Shown here piece after piece: positions 13,010 to 23,324 of a stretch of DNA of 64,000 nt (within the stretch, counting starts at the first letter, position 1; each line of letters opens with the position of its first letter). Source of the stretch: Octopus vulgaris (Eukaryota). Position numbers and translations under genes: made by a program. A model generated the notes under the pieces. It was not told where the DNA came from and made no database searches. It saw nothing but the letters and a program-made list of their open reading frames with translations. The stretch covers positions 41,292,001 through 41,356,000 of the forward strand of contig OX597826.1 in assembly GCA_951406725.2 (NCBI GenBank), read 5' to 3'.

Positions 13010-13402
13010 TATCATCATCATCATCATTTAATGTCTGCTTTCCATGCTAGCATGGGTTGGACGATTTGACTGAGGTCTGGCGAACCGGACTCCAATCTGA
13101 TCTGGCAGAGTTTCTACAGCTGGATGCCCTTCCTAACACCAACCACCCCGAGAGTGTAGTGGGTGCTTTTACGTGCCACCGGCACGAGGGCCAGTTTGGT
13201 GGTACTGGCAACGGCCACGCCCAAATGGTGCTTTTTACATGCCACCTGCACAGGAGCCAGTCCAGCGGCACTGGCGACGACCTTGTTCGAATATTTCACA
13301 TGCCACCAGCACAAGTGCTGGTAAGGCGACGCGGTAACGATCACAATTGAATGGTGTGCTTAACGTGCCATCGGCACAGAGGCCAGCTTGTTGCTCTGGC
13401 AA
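13010..13402 (-). mobile_element. RTE 3'UTR fragment with ~4 diverged minisatellite units
   Basis: (CAT)n end, TTCCATGCTAGCATGGGTTGGAC, GGATGCCCTTCC. Confidence 0.85.
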
Positions 13403-13747
13403 CACACACACACACATATATATATATATATGTTGTTGTCTAGGGAGAATCATCATGCAAATATAATTAACACTCTGGTTCAATTCCACTCATTTATTAA
13501 ATATCCGTTATTTTTTGTTTTTTTGCAACCTTCTTAGTGACTACTGATAGTCATTGAGAAGGTTGCAAAAAAGCAACAAAAAAGCTTTGACAAAAACCAA
13601 AAAAAAATGGATATTTAATAAATGAATGGAACTGAACAAGTGTGTGTGTATTAATTATATTGGCATGATGACTCTCCTAGATACAACAAAATTTGTTTCA
13701 ACACATGAATTCACATAAAGCATATTGCAAACCAGATACAAAAGTGA

Positions 13748-13800
<53 letters not shown>

Positions 13801-13804
<4 letters not shown>

Positions 13805-14185
13805 TCATCATCATCATCGTTTAACGTCCATTCTCCATGCTAGCATGGGTTGGACGGTTTGACCGGGGATCTGGGAAGCCAGGAGGCTGCACCAGGCTCC
13901 GGTCTTATCTGGCAATGTTTCTACAGCTGGATGCCCTTCCTAAGGCCAACCACTCCGTGAGTGTAGCGGGTGCTTTTTACGTGCCACATGCACTGGAGCC
14001 AGGTGAGGCTGGCATTGGCCATGGTCGGATTGGTGCATTTTACGTGCCACCTGCACGGAAGCCAGTCGAGGTGGCACTGGCTTCGGCCATGATTCGGATG
14101 GTGCTTTTTATGTGCCATCGACACGAAAGCCAGTCGAGTCGGCGCTGGCAGCGGCCACGATTCGGATAGTGCTTTTTACGTATCT
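13801..14185 (-). mobile_element. RTE 3'UTR fragment with ~4 minisatellite units
   Basis: Same diagnostic motifs. Further copies near 5640-5860(+), 7415-7740(-), 8470-8900(+), 12740-12975(+), 23378-23551(+), 25008-25500(-), 42535-42910(-), 43251-43392(-). Confidence 0.85.
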
Positions 14186-15569
14186 CCACATATATATATG
14201 TGATTAAACAGAGTCCAAAGAAGCTAGTGTTAGTCTGATTCAGCAAGACATTCAGTAAACTTGATGGAATGAGTACAGTGAACTTGTTGTGGGGAAGGGA
14301 AATGCAATGTTTCAGACAGAGTCATCTTCAGGGAAAATTTAAAAGAGATATTAAGAGACTGTAAAGTTGAGAGACAATAGTTTTACATCCTCTAAGAGGA
14401 TGTAAAACTATTGTCCCTCAAATTTTCCTTGAAAGGCCGTCTGAAACATTGGATTTTTCACTCCCCATGGCAAGTTCACTGTACACTTTTTATAGATTTT
14501 TCTATCTGTTTGTCTCTATATTTATATATGTGCACACACACACATCATCATCATCATAGCAGACATAAATATTTATCACACATGCTCTATCATTTTTATG
14601 TCTGTTTTCCATGCTAGCATAAGTTGGATAGTTTAACAGGATCTATGGGACAGGAACAATGTCTTTTTCCAGTATCTCAGCTTTTGAATGGTTCCTATAG
14701 CTGGAAGTGTACTGGGCGATTTTTAATTAATTTTTTTTTTATCACAGCACCAGTACAAGTGAAGTCACCTTGTAGCACGTGACTGAAGAGCCCCCCCCCC
14801 CAGGTGAGGATAGGAAATAGGGTGAGTGATTTATGTAACTTAAAGTCTGACAGAGGGGCAGGGACAAGTTTATTGTAGAGAGGGAGGACCCTGGCTGGCT
14901 CTCATTTTACATGTGGATGGCTGTGGCTGGAATGGCGCCAGAAAGAGAGAGGAATATGATCAAGGTACCATCAACGTAACATGTACAAGGTGAATAGAAT
15001 GAAGTGGGGAGCAGAAGAATCAGTGAAGATAGGTAAGGTTGCAAGAGGGGGTGGGGTGGGAAGTGAGAGGCGGATAGAAACATGAAGTAGGTGGTCAGAT
15101 GTACATAGGAGCGAAGTTTACCGTTTAAATAGAGAACAAGGGTGAATGGGCGGAGGGGGTCGATGGTAAACATGAATGGGGCGCAACGTAAAAACGACAG
15201 GTGGAAGTCACTTGTTCAGAGAAGAGGGAGCAGTGACTGTCAGTACTGAAATGGTGATATGATATATGGTTTGTATCTATATATATGCATGCAGCTCTCT
15301 CTCTACATATATACGCACACATACACACACGCGTATATATATATATATATAAATACATACATACATACACACACACACGTGTATATATATATGTATATAT
15401 ATATATATATATACATACACACACACATATTTAGCCACATATACATATTTATGCACATATACACATATATGAGATGAGTTTGTGCCAATTTATTGCAGTT
15501 TATTAAAAACGAAAAAGTTTCAAAACAAAGAAAATTTAAAAAGAATAAATTTAATTTTTAAAAAGAAAT

Positions 15570-16060
15570 CATTAATTTAATTGCGGAAGTCCATCCGCCA
15601 CTGGAAAACTACACATGTGAGTTTGTTTGTAAAAATTCTAAATACATTATATCGATATTTTTTAATAAAATTATAGAAACGCTAAAACCGCATACTTACA
15701 ACATTTCAAGAAATAAACTGTAGAAAGCTATTGACTGGATATAGGAAGAAAATCAACCTAATCCAGTTAGGAGAATCAACCAAAATTGAAAATCTATCAA
15801 AGCAGCAATTGCTGGTTGCCGTGTTGCACAGATCTGAGTGACGGGTTTGAGACGATAAAAGAGCATTAGACAGCAAAAGCTTGTAGCAACCATTACTAAG
15901 CCGTTCCTTCGTAGTACGGAAATGTAAGTGGTTTGTCAAGAAAAATTGCTATCACATAAACTAACGATTTGTTTTGTAGCAATGATTTCCAAAAAAAAAA
16001 AAGTATTAATAAAAATAAATTTAATTAGGTTCGAAGTTGTAATCGCTGCGGCTGCAAAAC
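15570..16060. promoter_or_regulatory. Putative bidirectional promoter with non-coding first exons of GTF2H1 and UCKL1
   Basis: Unique sequence that retains CpG, lying between divergent genes. Outward-facing GTAAGT donors at 15694-15699 (-) and 15924-15929 (+). ETS-like CGGAAGT (~15584) and CGGAAAT (~15917). Confidence 0.5.
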
Positions 16061-17874
16061 ATTTTCGATATTATTTATATTTTAGTGAAAGGAATTAAAG
16101 CCGCTACCGGTGTAATTTAGTAAAATGTTTATCTTGAAAATATATGCTAAGAAATTATTACATAAGTTATAAGTTTGATATGTGTAAGGTGCGAAACTGC
16201 AAGTCTTTCAGTCACTTATGTATCTTTGCTGCTGATAAGTAAAGATACATAAGTTGTGCATTTATAACTGGTATCAATTAATGGATATTCCTTAGCAGCT
16301 CTACTTCCTCTATCGCATTTTTCTCACACGTGCTCTCTGGAAGCTTTTTCGCTTTACTTTCAAGTTTTTCTTTTTTATTTTCACTTATTTAGTAACAATA
16401 AATCCTAGTACGGTTCTGTCAATTTCCATTTTATGAACACCACTTGACGATCTGATTCGCAAGCTCAAAGCCAGAAATATTTTGGTAAAGAGGAGAAGTC
16501 ATTTCCATCAAACTAAAGCCATACACTGGAAACAATGTTATCGATTGTTTTTGAGGAATAATAATAATAATAATAACTGTTATCATAGCTAAATATAAAC
16601 ATTATAACTCAAATTTTTAGATGATATTAATTACAGAATTACCATTCCTCCGCTTCTTACTCGCCTTCAATAATAACGAAAATATGAACATGCAGTTTCA
16701 TTTATTATTAGAAATAGAGAGAATCCAGATTAAAGTCTTAATATTTTAACTAATATCTAATATATATTACTTTGAATAAACTTGTTAAATATTCTTCGAA
16801 TATTAGATTGGAATCGCTGATGTAAAATTCATATTAGCAACGAACCGGCATTTCTTGATGGTCCTATCAATAAAAGGCAGACATAAATTGGAAAGTAAAA
16901 CGCTTATTTTAAATTAGGCACAAAGCCAGTTTTTATTGGAGAAGGAATGTGTTCAATGACTTGTATTGTCGAATCTCGGCTGGATTTGAACTCAGAAAGT
17001 AGCAGGATGAATCGAAATAGTGAGGCATTTATTCCAGCATTTGTACTTTTGTTTGTCAATTCCGTAACTATTAAATTTCCTCCCTTGAATTACACTAGTT
17101 TCTCTCTGGCCTCACACCGAAGACTATAATGTCTGATGTGGTTTTTTTTATAAAGATATTTGGGTGTGATATGAGACTATATGACTGCTATTTCTAGCAG
17201 ACTGAGCGATCGCAGACATAGATTATCCTTTTATGTTCCTATGTAAACACCCCAATGTCGACCTTGCTTTTCAAACCAGTCTTAAACTGCAAGCCTTGTC
17301 TTTAATCAAAGCAATTAACAAGTGAATGCTGGAGTGCAGGTGGTCAGCTTTAAGCACGACCACTTCTCAGCGACTGAAGCCGTTTTCCTTCACTTTCGCT
17401 GAAAAGAATGAACATCACGCTCTCATTTATTCTGTTCTGTAATATAACAGTCCTTGACTGTAGAGAGAAAGATCTAATAATTAGTTTTCCCCCTTTAACC
17501 ATTCTACATTATAAAAATTTCTTCTTAAACTTTTTCAGTTATCCGCCTCCACTAATTTAAGAGATGACACTTCTACAGGAACTGGCTAGTTTGTACAGAT
17601 AAATAAATAAATAAATTAATTAATAATTTTAGAAGAAATTAAACTTTGAGATACTAATGGAGCTGTACCACAATTGCTTTCTCTATATGCTGAATAAGAG
17701 CACTGAATATTATTTTTTTTTATCTAATCATTAAATTTCGCTGTAAAAGATATCATTGTAATTATAAATATTTTTTAATTTTTAAAGTGTAAATATTTAA
17801 CAAATTTTTACTTTATGTGAAATTTACAATGCTTGTATTTATTACACTTAAGTGCGGGACTACACATTTCGATC

Positions 17875-17921
17875 ATGGAGGAAGACCACGCATACGACAC
17901 GCTTAGCTCTGGCTCTGAGAG
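17875..17921 (+). CDS. UCKL1: UCKL1 probable first coding exon (MEEDHAYDTLSSGSE-S)
   Basis: atcATGG context. Ends AG|gtaaaa in phase 2, matching the phase of the acceptor at 20671. The N-terminus is poorly conserved, so support is structural. Confidence 0.7.
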
Positions 17922-18371
17922 GTAAAACTACTCGTATCTTTTGACCAATATCAACATAGGTTACACATTAAGCACGTATATACACAAATGTGTGTGTATA
18001 TATATACATTTTCCCTCTCCATATTTTGATGAGGTTTTAGGCCAACAGATTTAAGGTTTAACGATGCACCGTAAGGCCCGAACCCTTATGGACTAGAAAC
18101 CCAGGGTAACCACATAAACCGGTCTCTCCCATTATAATGTTAACTGCTCTACATCTTAGAGTGTGCTTTTTCTCCAGATTTATTTTTTTCTACAAACGAT
18201 ATATGTATGTGTATATATATATATAAACAACTATATATATATATATAGGAGGAGAGTTCACGAAAAAAACAAAGGACGAAGACAGGTGGTGTAGAAAACA
18301 AACAGATGTATTAGTATAACGCTCAGGAATAGAAAAAAGTCTTTTACGTTTCCAGCCTACGCTCTTCTACA

Positions 18372-18432
<61 letters not shown>

Positions 18433-18435
<3 letters not shown>

Positions 18436-18678
18436 GAAAAAAGGTGTTCAGAATGCTGGATGGTTGTAAAAATATATATTTATTTACATATCACATATTA
18501 TTTCTTCATATTAGCGCTTTCAACTACTCCTGTAGTTTCATCAGAAAGATTTTCAGAAAATGTCTCTGATGAAACTACAGGAGTAGTTGAAAGCGCTAAT
18601 ATGAAGAAATAATATGTGATATGTAAATAAATATATATTTTTACAGCCATCCAGCATTCTGAACACTTTTTTTCTTTC
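18433..18678. repeat. Near-perfect long inverted repeat (~113-bp arms) containing a hammerhead core; probable inverted Penelope-like terminal repeat
   Basis: Arms are reverse complements with few mismatches and are flanked by (TA)n. CTGATGA-AACTAC/AGGA/GTAGTT-GAAA at 18566-18592. Confidence 0.8.
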
Positions 18679-18715
18679 ATATGTATTAAATCTGTACATC
18701 ACCCCCAATACTTCT

Positions 18716-18772
<57 letters not shown>

Positions 18773-19924
18773 TCTATTAGATTTACACTACGTTAACGAA
18801 ACCGTTGCAAAATGAGTAAGCTAAGATAAGGTAAATTTGCTACTTCAGTTCTCCGATGTCAATATCCACCCTTAGACAGTAGAAAGATCAGAAGTGCAAA
18901 ACAATTTTAAATATCTTGGTGAAATGAAAGAGGATCTGGGAAAAAATGACGATATGAAATTAACGAAACTCGATTAAATAAAAAAAACCCAACATGAAAT
19001 ATTCTCCATAGCTTCTTCACAATCTACTGGAGTCTCTCTCCGTCATATATTTACACACCATTCAGTTAAAGAGAAAAAAAATATTGAAATTAATCATTAC
19101 TCTTTTACCCCATTTCAGACATTTTTTTGAAACTTGAAAATTATCAAAAAATTGACTTGGAATCCAACAGAGAAAAGAATATTGATTATTAAACAGCAAA
19201 AATTACCCAGGTATTTTATTTAGCACCCACAATTACAATCGGATCAAAGTTGAGGGAAAATTTCTTAAAAAAAAAAAAGACTACCTGTCACCTGAATATG
19301 TTCTTGGACTCTCTCAACAACAACATCTATGCTGACCAATTTTTACTCTTAAAGATGATGCAATAATACTAAAATGATGATGCAATGTAATTATTTCAAA
19401 TGAGAAAACGCGAAATCCGAAATTACTCATTTTACCCCTCCGTATATATATATATATATATGTAATGGGCTTTTAGTTTACGTCTATCCATACACAAGGC
19501 TTTGGTCGGCTGGAAGTTGTAGTAGAAGTTATTTTCCCAAGGTGTCATGTAGTATGACTGAATCCAGAGCCATGTGGATGGGAAGCAAACTTATTACACA
19601 GCCACACCCCTAGTTATGAGGATATTTTTAAATGAAATATTTTACAAATACACTTCAGATGATGTAGATTCCTATTATATATGAAAATTTCTTTTCTGTA
19701 AGTGGAGCGAGGAGTTTTGGAAATTAAGCACGAGTCAGCTTTGTTTCCTCATAACTTTCAGAAAAAATGGTTATTGTTTTATGGAATTTTCTATAAATAC
19801 CTTTCAGAGTGTGTAAATTGCAATTATATTGTTATTCAATATGATATAAAATAATTGAGCACACACACAAACAGAGGCATATTGCAATTTTTTGTTAAAT
19901 TTCTAGTTTCATTTTGTAGGTATA

Positions 19925-20240
19925 CTCTTTTTACTCGTTTCAGTCATTTGACTATGGCCATGCTGGAACAACACCTTTAGTTGAACAAATCGACCCCAGG
20001 ACTTATTCTTTGTAAACCTAGTACTAACTCTATCGGAATCTTCTGGCTGAACTGATAAGTTATGGGGATGTAAATATACCAACATCGGTTGTCAAGCGAT
20101 GGTTGGGGAGACAAACACAGATACACAAATACATACATACATACATATACATATGACAGGCTTCTTACTGTTTCTGTCTACCAAATACACTCACAAGGCT
20201 TTGGTCTGCCTGAGGCTATAGTAAAAGACACTTGTCCAGA
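19925..20240 (-). mobile_element. SINE (family of 57498-57884), partial
   Basis: Reverse complement of the TGACTGAAAC tail and body. Related copies near 5190-5470, 24760-24985, 35800-36190. Confidence 0.75.
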
Positions 20241-20671
20241 ACTGTACAAGCTCTCTTTCCCTTGGCAAGGCAAACAAATCTTTTCAACTTTGCATCATCT
20301 TTACTCAAATTGCCAACAATTTTACAGAGTGCAGAAGCCCCATTGAAGTCACCTTGTCACTTGCATGATTAAAGAGCTTCCATCATTGAAAGGAAGACTA
20401 TAAGAGTGAGTGAGAGAGTGTGTGTACATAATATTAGAAGATCAGATATTGATGAGAGAGAGCGACATAAGACCTGGTTATTGAATAAATCATAGTATAT
20501 AACTGTGGCTTATTTTATAAAATGATATCTAGAGGAAGGAAAGTCAATGTTGTTTTTGGTAATCTTCAATTCTAGAACTGAGTTATTGAATTATATAATT
20601 CAGTAAAGCAAACTTTCTATCAGTTATTGATCTCCAATTCATTTTTCACATCTCACCCTTTAATATTGCAG

Positions 20672-20907
20672 TGGTATGATGGATGACTCAGATATTGCCA
20701 ATCCAGAACCTGACGCAGTGACCTATACGCAATCTCCATCCAAAGTTCCAAAGAGCCCAGCAAGGACTCTCTCCAAACGTGTGCGTACAGTAAGTACGTC
20801 TTCAACCAGTGACCGAGTGGTACAGACAGCGACTCGTACACTTTACACTGCTGGTCGACCACCATGGTATAACTCACAAGGACAACTGAAAGAAGCATTT
20901 GTTATTG
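20672..20907 (+). CDS. UCKL1: UCKL1 coding exon 2
   Basis: ...RTLYTAGRPPWYNSQGQLKEAFVI(G), the UCKL1-specific TAGRPPWY motif. ttgcag/gtaagt. Confidence 0.95.
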
Positions 20908-20967
20908 GTAAGTTTCTTTTCTGTTTCATGTTATAGATTTGCTATTTTTTCTTTAGTATTTGAGGGT

Positions 20968-21180
20968 ATATGAAGGGCTGCTGAAAAGTTTGTGGCTTTT
21001 GGTAAAAGAAAATACAGGAGGATCAGTAAATTATGATTTTATTCAACATATTCCCCTCTCAGATTCACACACTTATTATAACGGTTCTTCAGTTTTCCTA
21101 ATCCCTGTAAAAGAACTCAGAAGGTTGGGCTTCCAACCAGGCCTTCTATGATACCCTTAAAGCCCAGAACTTTTCACTAT
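20968..21180. mobile_element. Mariner-derived MITE remnant
   Basis: TA-TGAAGGGCTGCTGAAAAGTTTGTGGCTTT and partial inverted AAAGCCCAGAACTTTTCA. Confidence 0.55.
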
Positions 21181-23217
21181 ATGTGTAGCAGTTTATTAAT
21201 TTCCTTAAATAACATAACTTTTGGTTGGTGTCAAAACAAGTATTTGTTTCAACCTCCAGAAATACTGTGTACAGGATTCAAATTTATAGAAATGTGCTGT
21301 GTTGCAGAGTTGTTTAAGCCATGGCAGCTATGAAAAGTAGATGTGAAACCAATAATGATGATAAACAGCTTTTTAAAACATTTTTTTTCTGTTTGGAAAA
21401 GATGTTGTTGCAAACAATATTACTATTTAATTTGTTAAAAAATTTAGTGAGTTTGATGGAAAATTCAAGTAAGCATAAATGAAACTGAGTGGTCATGGAT
21501 AGAATGTCCCTGACCATATGACTGCTCTGCTAGGGCTAAGCTTGTAGCTAAACTATATTATCTCTTAACATCTTGGAAATTTTCTGAGTGGAAAACCCAA
21601 CAGATCAGATAATAGGAACAATAGTGTAAAGGGTTAGAGTTTTCTCCCTTTCATCCTTCCCTGTAAATGAATGTCGGTGAGATTATATGTATTTCAGAAA
21701 TGGTTGAACAATATAGTCCCTTGTGGTATTGTGTGGTGCAAGAAGTTAAGTTACTGTGAAATTTCCATTGTGCAGTGTTCCATAACAATCTTCTAACATT
21801 CACTAATTCTGTTTGATATCTGGCAGTTTACCATTTTACCATTTACTTCAAATAAAGCACGGATTTATTGTCAGTGAACAGGTCGCAGTCTTATAGCGAC
21901 GAAAATATTTTGACAAATTAAACTTAAATGTTGAAGTGAATCGAACGGCTTTTGTGTGTCTCTTAAATAGCTTACAAACACCTTCCACGCTGCAATTGTT
22001 TTCGTTCCAGCACACGATCTCAGATCAAATCACTTGCTATGCAAGTACATCTCCGTAATTCAAATAAAGAAAATTAATAAACAGTGAGAAAAATACCTTG
22101 AGTGTTGTCATGTTTCTTCATTACTTTCAGTCTTAACCCTTTTGACACCAACCTACCTTAGGTCATCCCTGGTTCTATGACACACATTTCTTGCTTTATA
22201 GTGATCTAAATTAAAACCTTCCCCTAAAATTCTGTTAATTTACGTTCCAAACACCAGGTAAATAATGACAAAATGATTTTATTCAATTCTTCATTATTTT
22301 CTAAATTAATTGAAACAAAGGCCAAAGTATTTCAATAGAAATAAGGTAACAAAAGATTAAAGGAATCATCTTTGCTTTATGTTTTCACTGTTTTGTTTCC
22401 ATTTCTTCTGATAGTCTTTGTGAGATTTTTCTTTTTTACCACTCCTGTGCCAAAACTTGACAAATGGAGCTTATTTGCTAATTCTATTTTATGACCTGTA
22501 CTGCCACTGGTTTTATTTTTATCAGGAAATAAAAATAGTAATTGTTTTCAGTTTGGTTAATTAAAATAAACAGTATGTCTTATTTAGTTTGGTTGAATAG
22601 TTGATTCCTCTTGATTGCAGACTCTTTATATTCTCAGAGTAAAATGACAATCCTTTGTTATTTACCATACACAGCTAAACTTCTGTTAATACAAGTTATT
22701 GAATTAACAAATGTTAGCGTTAGTAATATGGCACAAGAGAATTCAAAGAAACAATCTTCAGTGTTGCAACAGTGTGGCTACTATTAATAATGCTTTCTGC
22801 TATAGGCATATGACCGGAAATTTTGTTGGGGGAGTGAGTCAATCACTTCGATCCCAGTGCTCACCTGGTACCTATTTCATCGACCCCGAAAGGATGAAAC
22901 GTCCACCTTCACAGAATTTGAACTCAGAATGTAAAGATGGACAAATTGTTGCTAAGCATTTTGTCTGGCATGCTAACAATTCTGCCAGCTAAGTTCAGTT
23001 GTGAGCTGCAAGGTTTATGGTTAGTATTGTGGGCTCAGACTTTGGTGGGTTGATTTTGCCGTTTAATTCCTTTAGGAGGGGGTCAATTGAACATTTACTA
23101 GGCTTGGTTCACTCAGCTTATCGCCCTTTTACCAATATGACATATAATGTGGACTCACACATATAGTTTTATTGTCACACACACACACACACTTAAAGAT
23201 ATTTGTATCTCTTTCAG

Positions 23218-23324
23218 GGTTGTGTGGTGGTAGTGCTTGTGGAAAAACTACTGTTGCTAATAAAATCATTGAAGCATTGAAAGTTCCATGGGTCAGCGTG
23301 CTTAGCATGGATTCATTCTATAAG
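23218..23324 (+). CDS. UCKL1: UCKL1 exon 3 (kinase P-loop)
   Basis: [36 protein letters not shown]. ttcag/gtatac. Confidence 0.95.

Noticed and set aside
20676-20678. UCKL1 start at MMDDS
   Set aside because: Preceded by a good acceptor in phase with the 17875 exon. It remains possible as an alternative start.
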